The notes under the pieces are model-generated. The model was not told the DNA's origin and made no database searches. It saw only the letters and a list, made by a program, of their open reading frames with translations. From Camelus dromedarius (taxonomy: Eukaryota): a stretch of 64,000 nt of DNA. The translations under genes and the position numbers were made by a program. This document shows, one piece after another, positions 1 to 13,925 of the stretch. Where the stretch lies: assembly GCF_036321535.1 (NCBI RefSeq), contig NC_087439.1, forward strand, positions 2,852,001 through 2,916,000, written 5' to 3'. Every line of letters begins with the position of its first letter. Position 1 is the stretch's first letter.

Positions 1-195
1 TGGATTTAGGGCCAACACTGACCACCCAGGATGATCTTATCCCTGGAGTCTTAGTTTAATTTTACTAGCAAATGTACTTTGGTTAAGAATTGGTGTTTGG
101 TAAAAAAGACAACCTTTGGTAATACGGTAACAGTCAATGGTTCTGGGATGAGAATGGAGGCATATCCTTCTGGGGACACTATTCAACCCACTGCC
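1..195 (-). mobile_element. MLT1 (MaLR) LTR, 5' end
   Basis: ggatttagggcc..ggatgatcttatc..attcaacccactg matches the reverse complement of the recalled MLT1 LTR start; runs off the window. Confidence 0.7.
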
Positions 196-1429
196 CCTCC
201 TTTGAGTTTATTCATCTCTTTGTAGTTACCATCAATACAGCACGTGATGGAGACACGTAACAGTTTCTACTCCAATGAAACATACACTCTCTACAGGGAA
301 GATCTCTCTCCTAGGGGGAGAAAACTGGTTGGGAAAGCAGAAATGATTACCCTTTTTATGGCTAAAGTACAGATATACACTAAGTACATAAACTAATATA
401 CTGCATGTCTTTGATACTGAAATTTAGTAATAGGGGGAAATTAGGAAAAAAATGTTGAAGAGGCCTCAAGGGATGGGAGATGGGGGTTGATGGTGAAAAA
501 AGAAGTTTGAGAAACACTGACCTGGAATATTCTTGTCCAAATGTAGTCCCCATGCCCCTGTAATTCCCATACATAGCCCGTCTTCCCACACGCGTACTCA
601 CACACTAACCATTCCAACAGCACCAGCAAAGGGGGCCAAAAATACAAAATATGGCTCGGATGAGTAAGCAGCAAACACACTTGCCATTCGCAAGTTCCTA
701 GATGCGCATTTAAGATTTAACTGGAGCCGCCAGTGCAGCCTCCAGCGAGAGCCCAGACTAAGCCCTCCTCACCCCTCAGTGAACCTGCCCTAGGTCTGCC
801 TCTGCCCCATGCCCACACGATGAAAGCATTTTGAATTATAAACTCTAACAGGCACCTATTTAACCACTTAAAGTCTCAAAATCTAACGATTTGAAATACC
901 ATAACTGCAGCCATTGCTCCCTTGAGAACTCTATCATATTTAAACAGAATTTCAGTTACCAGAAAAAACTCTTTATAGACAGGAAAAGGGAGGGGTAGTG
1001 GTGGGGTGGGAAATGCACCGATTTAATGTTTTATCAAGAGGAAAAGTGAGTGGAGAGAGGGGCTTGCGATCATCAGTCCCCAGTGCGGTGAATTTAGTAA
1101 GGCAGAGAGCAGTGCAAACTGGAAGACTTAAAGGCCTGAAGTTTAAACATTGCTTTTGTTTTCCCAAGCTCTAGATATTAATAACACCTTTGTGCAAATT
1201 ATAAGTCTTCCCTTTTGGGAAGACAAAGGGGAAATTAAACATTTGCATAAATCAATTGATTGCAATTCTGATGGCATTTCCAGCTTCCTTTCCTCTGTGC
1301 CATGTTCCTGGACCAACAAAAGACATGACCTCATTACACGGGACATCCCTTCCACTGCACAGTGTTTGAAACTCTCACTTTCCTTCCCACAGCATCTACG
1401 TCTCTTGTTCCTCCTTACAGTAGCTGCAG

Positions 1430-1660
1430 GTGCTCTGGTCCATGTCCCCATCACCATGTTCCTGAAATGCAACTACTCACTCGCTAGCCTCTCTGGTTTT
1501 AGTCTCTATTCTCCAAGCCATCCAGAATGCTTTCTCTCTACTGTCTACCAGACTCTTTTCCATCATGACAATTCTCTGCTCAGGAATCATCTTGGGGTCC
1601 CCTGCTTCCAATAAAAAGAAGCCTAAATCCCCAGCTGGGTTCTAAGGGCTCTCCACATGT
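1430..1660 (+). mobile_element. L2 LINE fragment
   Basis: Degenerate match to the recalled L2 3' region (catcaccatgttcctg..ctagcctctctgg..gcctaaatcc); boundaries approximate. Confidence 0.5.
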
Positions 1661-2309
1661 GCTGGGACATCCCCCCTTGTCCTCTTCTCCTGGGCACTTC
1701 CCTTCTCTGTGGCCACTTCAGAATCTTCCTATGCCCCGTCACAAAGTCATCTCTTTATCTCCAGGGATCCATCATTTCCCCAAAGTGTCTTCTCCTTTCC
1801 TGCTGTTCACCCTACTCTCTCCTCTCCCTCAAAGTCTGGCTCAGACCCCACCTTTGTCACAAGCTTTGGACATTCCCGCCCAGTCTTGAGAAGGAGGTTT
1901 AACACTGAACCCTGTTCTACCCCAGAACTTCACACCTAGCATCCAGCAAGGAGCTTCCTATCTGGTGAAGGAATGAGATGTCACATTACATGGTATCCCT
2001 CACAGGCCTGTACCAGATAGTAAGAAATAGCGTTGGGGTTGCTTTGTTCATATATTTCCACCAGTAGAACATCATTGACCACCATTTATTAAGTATCTAC
2101 CACTTGCCAGCTTACAGAGGAATTTATATCCTTTAATCCTCACAGACAACACTGCGCACTCGTGATCTTTTTCAGCCTGGAAATATGAGAAAGGGGAGGA
2201 TATCGGGAAGGAAGTGCGTGTTTTTCTAATTCCACCTGTGCCCTTGACTCTCTGTAGAGAGTTCAATCATTGTCATTGCACTTGCTGTCTTTCTAGGTGA
2301 TCATCAGTC

Positions 2310-2430
2310 ACCAGGTATTTCAACCCCATGTTTCAGATAAAGAAATTAAAGCTCAGTGGGGTTAATAACTCATTCAAAAGCAATCACTAATGGGTGCAGA
2401 CCTGAAAATTGATTTTCTATCCGTCTTTCC
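2310..2430 (+). mobile_element. MIR SINE fragment
   Basis: cccatgtttcagataaagaaattaaagctcag resembles the MIR core. Confidence 0.55.
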
Positions 2431-5259
2431 ACTCCTGTGCCACTGCAGACAAGCAGTCATCACTGAGGTCTGCACAACTTCTCTTCTTCATCTGTATAAT
2501 GGGAAGAATAACTTGGATATTTTTTCAACTTGGCTCTAAAATGGTGATAGTGCTTGAAAAATCTCTCAAGCATCGTTATCTTAGCTTTGTCATAAATACC
2601 ATTGGCTGGACCCTGGAAAGCCAGCCTTCATTCATCCAAGCTGCATGAAGCCAGGAAGAAACCCTCACCTACTGAGACCTGTGAATGTCACTTTTCAGGA
2701 GGAAACAGCTTGCTGCAGTATTATTTACTTCTGATGTGCATCGTGCATGAACCAAGACAACTGTGCCTGCCCCTGTGTGGTCCTCTCAGTGCATCCGTGG
2801 TCCTATCGCATAAAAGCACATTTAGGCTGCTTTTGATCTGAAGTTGTGTGGGTGCATGTGTGTGAGTGTGTGGGTGTGTGTTAAATAAACAACTAGGCAC
2901 ATCTTCCTCTTCTCTTGATTAGTGTCACTGGTAAAATACAGAGTCATAAGGTTTAGGGCAGCAACAATAGGAGAAATCAAATTCTCTCCTTCAGTACACA
3001 GAGAACAAATCGTCACGCATTCAGGGATTCGACAGTGAAGTAACTGACCCTTTGACTTCCTCCTCCTTCACGTGTGGAGTCTGCGCTGTTATGCACAGAC
3101 TCGGCCATCATCACCTCTCCCTCCCTGCTTTTCCACAGTGGGAAACTTTTAGTCACAGGTATCAGAAAAGAAGTATGGTCTAGGGCAATGGTTTTCTCTA
3201 CTTTCCTTTTAAATCAGAAAATTTCCTTTCTTTCCAACTAAAATTTAATGTGGAATCCTAACACGTAAAACAGATTATACCTATTTATGGACTTAAATTT
3301 TTATTTTTCACGTCATAAATTCAACCCAATGTGAACGTTTTGAAAAACACAAAAATTTTAAATCAGGATTATGGATGACAGGTGTGGTCATATGCACATC
3401 AGGATTCAATTTCTACATTTTGTGTCGGCTGTGAATTATCAGGGAAATCCTAATCCAAGTGGATAAATAGCAGCATACTTGCTCAAACAATTTCACTTGA
3501 ACAAATATATGAAGCTCTGTACTGAAGTAAAATAAAATTTAAAGAAATAAAATACAAAACAAGAAACGGCGTTGAGCTGTCGCTGTACTAATCACTGATC
3601 TAGCAATAAGAATTTAAGATACTTCCCAAAGCCTGTGGGAGAAGCTTTAATCTGAGACCTGCTTAAGAACGTGTTCGTCTAGCAGCCCACCTTGACATTG
3701 CTGGCGGGACCTTGACTATTATCACTCGGCACAGAAAACATCTGAATCATGTGTATGTGCGTGCTTGTGTGTGTGTATGTGTGTTTATTGCAAGTTGATC
3801 AGAATAAATATTTTTAAATGGCAAGAGATGAGAATTGATGTGGAACTCTTGAATTAATGGTCTCCAATGAACTTTGAAATTCTGGACAGCACAATGTGAA
3901 AACACTTTTTCTAAAGTATAGGGAGGCAGCTGGAGTGGATCTGGGCCCAGAATCACCAAATGTGGGCTCTAGACAAATTTAAAGCTCAGTGGGCCGTACA
4001 CAAGGCAGCGAGACTCATCACCAGCTCTTGAGTGGTCAGCAGGTGTGGAGAGCTCAGTCTACACCTCAGCAAGAGAGGGTCGTCCCGGTGCATCTTTATA
4101 GAACTTGACTATGCCGCAACTTTCAAAACCATCAGTGGGACCCCCAAAGTGTGCATCAGCTATTTCACCTTATCTTTCTGCGTAAGAGTCTTCACAACCT
4201 AGCTGGGCATTAACTCATGCCGAAAGCCCCAGTGCGATTTCCTTCCCTTGTCCTCTGAATTGATCTTATTTATCTTCATAGCCATTATTTTGGGAGCAAA
4301 TTAAATATCAATACCTCTCAATAAGTTTTCTGAAACCAACCTTATTATATTCTCCAGGCAGGAGCGTCATTGGCATAGCTGTGTTCATTTGTTATTGCCA
4401 TCAACAGAATTGGTTAAGCCACCACTGACTAAGCACCTACAACAAGCCAGCTTGGGCATGCATTTATGACCTTTAACCCTCCCAAGCAACCCTGAGTTGC
4501 AGTGATATTTAATCCACATTATGAGCTTGGAGTAGCTATACAACCTCCCCAGATGTCGCACATCTGCAATGGCAAAGTAAAATGCAAACCCACGTTTGCT
4601 GGCTCTAAGATCTGCCCTATTTCCATCTTCTCTGCTATTTTCTTTCCCCAAACTTTCCTCTCCTATCATCTTTGTAGATACATTGGGAAATGCGTTTATC
4701 AAAACTTATGGCAAATAAGGGTTCCCACGTGTTTTGTCTCCTGCTTGGAATTCTGAGAACTTCCTGAAGATGCAAATGGTATCTAAACCAGACAGTTGGG
4801 TCTGCAACATAGTTGTAGCTCAGAAACTCATTGATTGAATTTAATCTAAATGGAAAGAACCATTAAACTGGTGTCTAAAAGTAGTAATACTATCTCATCT
4901 ATTCATCTGTCTCCAGGCAAGAACAGCAAACAATCCATTTTGGATAGAAAATATTCCTGCTTTTAATGATAATTATGGCGTTGTAGTCCTAAGACTGTTC
5001 CTGCGGTCTGGATCGAGGTTTCTCAAGGAGAGGTGTTACTCTAGGGGATGAACAGGGCTCCATGCCCCAGATGTTTAGCAAACTCTGCACGTTAAACTCA
5101 CCCTATTGGAAGCATTAGCGTCCGCATATTACATACTCTCAGAAGTAAAGAAAACCAATTCATCTTGTTCAGCTTTCTATTTCTCAAATTTGTATGCATA
5201 TCGTACAGTATTTTTGAAAGGTTAAAGTAAAAGAAAAAGACCCAACATGGAATCAGAGG

Positions 5260-5725
5260 TTCTTCCCTATTACACTTCCATGGCTCCTGCATGACTCAGA
5301 GTAACAGCCAAGCTCTCACACTGGCCCATAGTCCTACAAGAGCGGCTCTCCTCACCTTGCTGAGCTTATCTCTGACTACCTGCCAGGTTCACTCTGCTCC
5401 CGCCTCTCTGGCATTCTTGCTGGTCTCTGAGCATGATAGGCATGTTCCACCCCAGGGCCTTTGCATCTACTGTTGTCTCAGCTTGAAATGCTGTTTCCCT
5501 TCTAGTCATGTGTGCCTTGCTTTCTCACCTCCTTCGAGCCTTTGTTCAGATGTTACCCTGACCATCACCTGCAGCCTTGCCCCACCACTCACCCCCTTCC
5601 TCTGCTGTGTTTCTTTCTGAAGCACTTATCACCTTCTAAGATACCTTATGGGTCACCTATTATTTTGGGGTGTTTTTTGTCTGTCTCCCCTTTCACTAGA
5701 ATGGAAGAGTCCTGAGGCCAGGGAC
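5260..5725 (+). mobile_element. L2 LINE 3' end
   Basis: Typical L2 3' motifs: cagggcctttgcatctactgtt, tcacctcctt..cctttgttcagatgttacc, ctagaatggaagagtcctgaggccagggac. Confidence 0.8.
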
Positions 5726-6799
5726 ACTGGAGGTGGTGTGCTTTCCTAAATCCCCAGGATAAACGCATCTGAGATTCCTAGAGCTGGATGAAAACCTGGA
5801 GTGAGTGGGCACTTGGGTGATTCCCACCCTTTATACAGAACTTCGGGGTTGGGCACAGGCAGTGACAGGACTTGGTGAGTTACTGTCAGTATTGCAAAAA
5901 GCCCAACACATCCACCCCCACCCATCATGAAGCTTCATGACAAACTAAACGTCACACTCCTCTGCTTCCAGCTGAAATGATCTCAGCTCAGTGTGTTAAC
6001 TCTGATTATGTAAGTCTGGTCAGAATCTCTGGCTACCAGTTACAAATGTCTTTGATTTTTAGACTTGGGGAAATGAATTAATTATCAGGGAATAAATGCA
6101 GATTAGTAGATGTTTTCGAAAATCTAGACTCCGTGGTGGGGGAGGGGCAGCCAAAGGGGGCAAGCCCTTCATGTCCCTCATACAAGATGAAGACTTTGAG
6201 GCTCTGGAAGATTGAGTGACTCTCTCAAGGTTGCACTGTGAGTCCCTGGCAGAACAGTGACTAGAACCCAAATCTTTGATTCCCAGCCCTGTGTTGCTAT
6301 AATCAAAGACGTGGTTTGCTATAGAGGAGACTCACCCATGCTCTCTATAGTATTTGCATAACACGTTACAGTAAGAACTGAGCCCCAACCAAGATTCTCA
6401 GCAGGGAAATAACACTTATTTAATCAGGGTTCTATGTATACTTTCATTCTGAAGGTTAGGTTAAGTCTCACTGCCTTGATTATGGGTGCTGCCGGCCTAC
6501 ACATAGAAAGTGTTTACTGAGCTGGGTTCCCTGGGGTGAAATTTAAACAAAGCACATCCAAAGCACATTTCATGTCCTGAAAAGGCATGAACATCTTTAC
6601 TGAGAGCCAGGTCTTTTCCTTGAAACAAATAAATGGTTATCCTTAAGGATAAACACAGTCAGCTAAGACACAAAGAGTCCTTCTTCTGTGCCCTTAGAGG
6701 AATTTATTCATTTTAGTTTTTAAACCTAATGAATATAAATATACCTAGAAATACAAAATGAAGAGCTTCTGGGTACTCCAGAGCATCATCGTGTGTGTT

Positions 6800-6940
6800 A
6801 CACGATTTGATCCTTAACAGAATCCTGCAGAGCCAGAAAGGCAGATATGCTTATCTCTGTTTTACACAAAAGGAAGCTGAAAGCACCCAGGGGTTCAAAG
6901 ATTCACCCAAGGTCTCCTAACTTATTAGTGAAGGAAAACA
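6800..6940 (+). mobile_element. MIR SINE fragment
   Basis: atctctgttttacacaaaaggaagctgaaagc..cacccaaggtc MIR-like core. Confidence 0.55.
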
Positions 6941-7879
6941 CTAGAATGGAGGAGAGAGGGCATTTTCCTCATCCCTCAAGCTCAGCGCATGCACCACAGT
7001 GCCACCTACTGAATCAAGCACTTCATTACCAGGGAGAAGGGGGCAGGGAGGAGGGTGTCCCCCAATGTTCTCTGTACTCTCTCTCAGATAGCACCGATGG
7101 TCTGAGATTCAAGCCAAAAACAGGAAATGGTTTCAGATTTTACAGATCATGAAGGTAATGGAAAGAATCTGTCCAGCTCCCCCATTAATGTGGAAGGAGG
7201 GCTGAGCTCTCTCTTCTGACCCGGCTGCCTGGAATCTGCAATGGGGCATCCCACCCAGAGGCTGTGCTCTCCTAGGAGCTGGGTGGCAACTCCACCTCTT
7301 ACTGGGTCTGTGGCCTTGGGCAAGTCACTCTACACTCCAAGGTGAAGACTCTGCATCTAAGAGAGAGATGGGGGAGAGAGAGGGGGCAGAGAGGGAGGGT
7401 CTTGTATGGGACTGGTGCAGCATAACCGGAGAATGCTGGAATAGAAGGAACAAAGGTGACTGACTTTAGAAACTCCTGGAAGGAAGAAAGAAGGTGGCAG
7501 GAAGGGAGCGGGAAAAGCGGTTGACTGTGAGTGAGAAGTGCAGGAAGGAGGGGAGGATTCTGGGCAGTTGCTGTGAGGATGCTGTGGCTGGGGGAGGAGT
7601 CCAGATAACTGTTTTTGAATTCATCAGTGACAACAGAACAACTCCTGGAATCAACGTGAATGACAGCGGCAGTCATTTACACAAACCCACAAGGACAGTA
7701 CGAGGCCAAGTGCCCATCTACCACAGGTCTGCGCACATGCCTGTCCACGATTCTCGAAGTCCCTGAAGAGCAGAAATGGCCGTGATCACCTTTGACCCTT
7801 CCTCTCTTCTATCTTTATTCCTCACATATTGTCTCACTTTTCTTCCTCCTCTATTCTCCATGTTTATATTCATTTAATA

Positions 7880-8130
7880 AAAATGGGTTAGATAACCACT
7901 TTATCTGCTTATGGCCCATATTAACCCCTTTGGTGGAGGCGCATCGGGGCAGTCTGCATCTCAACTAAGGTCACTTCTGCACCTGCAGCCAGTGGGCGGT
8001 GCAGCTGGGGCTGACTCACGTGTCTGTTGCTTGGCGCTGGCTCTAGGCGGATCCCCATCTCTTCAGCAAGCGAGCCCGGCCTTCTTCATAGGGTAGAGGA
8101 AGACTTCCCAACAGCAAGACGCTTTACATG
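7880..8130 (-). mobile_element. Old MLT1 (MaLR) LTR fragment
   Basis: cagctggggctgactcacgtgtctg..tcttcagcaagcgagcccggccttcttcat resembles recalled MLT1I/J/K in reverse. Confidence 0.5.
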
Positions 8131-9059
8131 AGTCCACGTCGGGGAGGGCTGCACGAAGGACCACAAAGACAACGAGTTACTCATCACTCACTGAGGGCTG
8201 TGACTGTCATCGACCACACACGATACTCAAGACTCAAGACAGCATTCCTACCATGCACCTACTCTTCTTCATGAGTTGTTAACCCTCCGTTCTTTAGACC
8301 AGCATTTTCCACAGGGTATTAAGAAATCTGGTAGGGAGTATCTATAAAATAATCATTGATTTTTCCCCTCACGCATTTCTTGCCTCTATATTACTCCGTC
8401 TTAACCTGTCTTAAAGAGACAGATCATTCCTCAGAGAACAGAAGTTACACAAGAATATGAGGAATAACAGAGCTGTTCGTCGCCTATGAGTTTTAACTTT
8501 CAGTTTCATAAGAAACAAAAACAATTCATGAAGATTTAGGTGGGAATCTCATGGGGAAAGCCCAGAACAATGAGGTATACAGGACATGTGCACCACTTCC
8601 TCCACAGAAAACAAGAGGAATCAGGAAGCCCTCACAGAACAGCAAACTCGCATCTCTAAGACGGAGCCTGGTAGAGTCACACAGAACTTCCTGCACCTCA
8701 ACACGGAACAGATCAGGGAAAACCGTTCCCATCAGTCTCACAATGGAAGGGAAGGAATAACATCACTGGATGTGATGAGACAGCTCTCAGCAACAGTGCG
8801 CAGGCCGGCTCCCCAGGACCAGGCAGCAACTAGGACAGCTCAGCAGGCACCCAGGGTACTCAGACAACACAGAGGGCCAGGGAAGCGTCATTCCACACCC
8901 CACCACCTCCTAACTTCTTGGCAGTAGAAGACTCCAAAACACACATACACTCATGGAGAAAATGAAGAGGTCTTGCATTGCCACCAATTTGGGAACAAAG
9001 AATTAAGCTGCAAATCAAGTGAGTGATTTAAAATTATACATCAGTCCCCATCTTACATA

Positions 9060-9290
9060 AATCAGGTCGTAGACACACTGGCAGTAGTATATGGGATACG
9101 TGGTCCCCGCATTGTTTTCCTAAACAGTGTTCCGTGGTCAAATACGTTTGGGAAATGCTGTCTTTTCCTTTAGAACATCAAAGTGCCCATTAACATATTA
9201 ATGTCTTAGAGAAAACCCAGAGTAAAGACACCCGGTACTTCCCCATTGGTTTGACCTGGGAGAGCCTTTTGGAGAAACTGTTGATCAACG
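9060..9290. mobile_element. MER103C-like hAT-Charlie MITE
   Basis: gttccgtggtcaaatacgtttgggaaatgctg..cattaacatatta..agtaaagacacc matches recalled MER103C. Confidence 0.6.
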
Positions 9291-10669
9291 ATCCTGGGAA
9301 GACATATTAGTAAGCATTGCTCTCAATTTATCTTAAGTCATAATTTTACTCTTTCACTCACCTACTCAAAAAACCTTCACTGAGTTTCAATGGATCTTTA
9401 GATTTGGTTTTCAGAAACATTTCTTTTTTAAGAGCCTCTGCAATGCAACCTGCCCTAGTCATCAGTTGTCACTGTTTCCCTGTGTGGCTCCTTTCCTTCA
9501 GTTACGTCACACTCTTCACTCTCCTGAACAAGATACATTTGTGTTGCTAGGTATAATTCTCAACTCCCCGTGGTCTCTACACACCCACAAAGTAGGTGGC
9601 TATTTGGGTTCTACTCTCCCAGAAATGTCACAGAGCTGACCCTGACCGTTCCAGCTCAAATTAGCTGTTCTTCGGTAACACACAAGCACGTCACCCTGTT
9701 ACAAGTCGGCTTCTGTGGTGCTTTGCCCCGGCAGCAATGATGCCAGTATGTTTACACATCATTCAACAAATCCAAACTCCTGTGGTAAATGATTGTATTT
9801 TGCGTTAGTTTTATATTACTTTCAGTGGCTGGCTAAATGCCTACCCCTAAAACTGAATGAACATGTGCACTTTTCTGGGAGTAGAAACTTTACATACATT
9901 GGGAATGACTGCAAATTTTAAAACTAAAGATGCAGAACACAGCACACATGGGACTTCAGTGGGTGGCAGTAAGACATCAGTTTAACTAAATTAGTTTGTT
10001 AGAGAGCACGTCACAGTGTTCACTATTCACAAGTCCTAGGACGTACTATGTCTATTCATCATGTAAAAAATGTGGTATTGGTGCGATGTATTTGGGAAGA
10101 ATTGCATGTGTCTGTGAAATTTCTTTTAAACAGCAACAATTCCATAATTAAAGGGACAAAAAAAACATGGCTGGACAATACACTTGTCATTTGTTGAGCC
10201 AAGAAAGATATGCAAAAGTCCCTCAAATATGAAAAGGAGACAGAAATCACAGTAGGTAAAGAAAAGCTGAAATTCAACTAATTGGTCCAATGCAACTCCT
10301 ACAGGATATTCTTGCCATGGGAAAATACTTAATAAATCTTTGTTTCACCTTCAGGATACTCAAGCACAATACATCCTTGAAAAAGTCAATTTACTAACTT
10401 TATGAAAGATGCTACACACTGATAAACTGTAAAACGACCAAACTGTCTAATTTAGAATGAAGATAAGGCAATTAGGTTTTCTGATACTGATAGTGGTCTT
10501 TATCACTGCTCTTAAGATCTGTGTAATCATCCGTCAACCTGTACTTAGTGGTGTAGTTAAGGTTAAGGTTAAACATTTTCAAAATTGTATTCCAGAAAGA
10601 AAGCTATTGATAGGCTATCTTTATTTGAGAAAACTGATTTTCTCGGTCATTAATTACTGTGATATGCTG

Positions 10670-10760
10670 AACGGCATATATAAATATGTGTATATATATT
10701 CCACTAAATATATTTATATGTTATAAAATATATATTATACATAAATTTATATATGTTTAC
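10670..10760. repeat. AT-rich (TA)n-like low complexity
   Basis: atatataaatatgtgtatatatatt..tatatattatacataaatttatatat. Confidence 0.7.
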
Positions 10761-11829
10761 ACACTCAACTTTTTATTCCATAAAAGCAACATGTAAGATT
10801 TTGGGGGATAGAGTATGTAGTTGTACAAAAAGCCGTCTTTTTCCAGAAAACTTTAGGCGATTTCTTTCCTATTTCTCTGTAACTCCTTCTATTCTGGCCA
10901 AATGAGCCACTACAGAATCTAAAGATCTGTAATGAATGGTGACTCTATTTTTCACTTTTATGCTTTTCATGCCCGCAGCATAATTGGTGGTAGGAAGAAA
11001 GTGATTTCTCTTCGGCCCTAGACCTAAATGTCAGTATTCATTCGGTTGGCTTAGCCTTTCCAAAGAACAAAACCATTTGTCACGTGAAACAAACACTAGT
11101 AAACAAAATTATCAAAAGAGAGATGTAATTCCCTAAAATGGAAAAAGAAACTACTTTGTGAGAATGGGAGTTTTTCCAAAACGTAAAGGAATAAAACTAG
11201 TTCGGGGGGGGGGGGGAGGCGTCAGCACCAGCCCGATCCGGCCCGGCCACGAGGTCAGCCCCCGGGGGGATCAGCAACCAGGGTCCTCACCACCCACCCT
11301 GGCGCAGCCCCCTCCACACCTGCTGTTCCCTCGCCTGCTCATTCCTTCAATCAAAGCCACTGAGCTCAGCAGGGGGGCAGCGTGACTGCAGGTGGACCTG
11401 CCCCTGGGCAGGGGGAGGGCCTGTGGGGAGGTGGGGGGTGGCTGGGGTCAGTCTGGGGAACAAAGGAGTCTAACTCAGGGTTCAGTGAGAGGGCAGAGCC
11501 CGGGGACTTAGGAACAGACAGACATTTGAGGAGTGACACACAATCCTTGAAGCCATCAGGACAAGGCTTAACACTGCAGTGGGGACAGGGAAGGCACGGA
11601 TCTCAAGGCCAGGTCCCCTCGACGCTGGCTGTGTTGAAGGCACAGACACTGGCAGCAGACGCTGAGGGCTTCGAGGTTTCCTCTGCTGGAAGGGCACCTG
11701 CGAGGGCTTCAAAGGAGCTGAGGCCTCACCTGCCTGCACACCTTGGGTAGAGTGGAGAAGGGCAAAGGGGCCAGGTTCTAGGGAGATTTGGGAGGGGCAG
11801 CCCCAGGCTTGCTGATGGACAGACCGTCC

Positions 11830-12339
11830 TGCTAACTAAACACTGGCACTCGCCATCTGCCTCTACAAGGACTGGATCACGTTGCCACCTACCATCTAAC
11901 TCGGCTTGGATTCAGCTGTGAGCCACTGCAGCCTCTGACCTCCAACACACCTGGAAGGCGTTCAGGATGGAGATCAGGAATGAGGCGCTCTCTGCTCTGG
12001 GAAAACTGGTAGAGCAGGCCTTCAGATAGTTAGATATTTTCAGGAGATTTTATGAGCCCAAATTCTTGTTTCTCCTCCGAACTGGAAAAACACTGAATTT
12101 GTCAACAGTGACAACCGCTCCCCCTGACGAGCAGCTAGACTCTGCCTAAGTGTGTGCTTGACTGCGCGCACAACCCCCTCTTCACTGAAACCACATGTAA
12201 CACTGAGCTCTCCCCTACCTCCTCAGAACAGCTTCTCACAGCTCTCTGGGACGCTGTCTCCTAGGCTATAGTCCTCATTTTGCCCCCAGTAAGACTTAGC
12301 CCACAACTCTCACGTTGTGTGGTTTTATTTTAGTCGACA
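11830..12339 (+). mobile_element. ERV1 solo LTR, MER4/MER41-group-like
   Basis: Ends cacaactctcacgttgtgtggttttattttagtcgaca, the typical 3' terminus of this group; 5' boundary uncertain. Confidence 0.6.
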
Positions 12340-13789
12340 GTCCCTAAACAGACTCAGCAGTGGGGCCCTGGGGCTCCACAGGCTTCTGGCGCCCAGCCCA
12401 GGAGACCCCAGGGGAAGGTGAGGCAAGGGGCTGCGTGTGCCCCTGGGAAGATGCCCCCTCATCAAGTAGGACTGGACCCCGTAGAGGTGGAGGGTCAGCA
12501 ATGTGGACAGGGGGCGAGTTCAGTGGAAATTGGAGCAGAGGACGTGCACACTCCTTCGAGGTCTGCTGCCCTCGCTCTCTGAGGCCCCTTGCTCCCCACC
12601 GAACCCCTGCCCTACCCACTTGATACCACAGTCCCGACTCCCAGCCCGGTTACCTCTCATACAAGCACAGCACCCTGACCCCTGGCTGCCCCTCCACCTG
12701 CCGCTAGCCCACCCACCCAACAAATGGTGCCTGGGATCCTTCATGGAGGCCACTGGGACAAGGACAACTGAGTAACACACATTTCCAAACCATGTAAGAA
12801 CTGGGGCTGATGGATGCTGGGCAGAGGGCCGGAGAGCAGGTCCTTGCAGAGGGGTGACCTGCAGGTGGTAGGACAGGCCCCGAGAGTGCGATGGCAAAGG
12901 TTATGTGTCAGGAGAGGCTGAGCTGCAGGACGCACAGAGCCGGCACCTCCTCTCCTGGGAACACCCCTCCTGGCCACACTGCTGTCACATTCGACCTAGT
13001 CCCCTGCAATCAGGCCACAGTCCACCCTATGCTTAGGGGACATTCAGCTCCGAGTCCTTAGGGAGGCAAGTGCCTGCACATGGTTGACATCATCCTGGGC
13101 GTTAGCAGCTGTGAAGGGAGCAGGTGGGGGCAGCAGTAATGCCTTCTCACAGGTGCCCCTTCCCCACCCGCACTAAGGCACGTCCCAGACACAAACACTG
13201 GTCCCCGCCCAGCAGTGGAGAAGGCGCCGTCCTACCCCGACCTCCACTCTCACTCGTTTAGACGTTTGAATGGCCGACCCCAGCAAGGACCGCTCCTAGC
13301 CCAGGCCCACGGCAACACAGAAGTGACCTTGCACTTGCACCTGTTGACCACGTCCCAGGCTCGGGGTGGCTGCCCTGGGTTTCCAACCTGCCTGCACCTT
13401 ACTGCAGGATACCACCCTTCCCCCTATGGGCTGTGGTCCCCACGAATGGGGGTCCCCAGGGGCTCTGGTCCCCGAGGGTTTGTGGCCTCCTTGCCTTCCG
13501 AGGGGCTAGGTCTGCACCGCTGTCTCCCGTGGTCCCGCAGCCTGCAGCCCTGGCCCCTCCAGAGAACCAGCTACTCAGGCTGGCAGCCCAGGAGGCGGGC
13601 ACCTGCTGGGCTCACTCAGAACTTGGAGGATTGCAACGCGGGCTCTTTGGCCTCGGCCTCTCCCCCATCAAGTGTCCCCTGGCTCTGCAGTCCCTGGTGG
13701 AGACGATCAGGGAAGCATGCACGGGCTCCTGACCTCCAGCACAGGGACAGGAAGCTTCTCCTTGCCCCTCCCCCATCTCAATATTAACA

Positions 13790-13925
13790 GCTTCCTGTCC
13801 ATTTTCTCATTTAATCTTGGCAATAATTCACAGCTCAGCTCTGTGAAGAAACTGAGGCTCACAGAGGTGGGAGGATTGCCGGACGCCACACAGTAAAACA
13901 CAGGAGGGCCAGGATTCCAGTTTTT
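13790..13925 (+). mobile_element. MIR SINE fragment
   Basis: ctcatttaatct..gaagaaactgaggctcacagaggtg..ccacacag..ggccaggattc. Confidence 0.6.

Noticed and set aside
8551-8927. 113-aa and 69-aa ORFs
   Set aside because: No recognisable domain or splice context; possibly old LINE 5' sequence, but not supportable.
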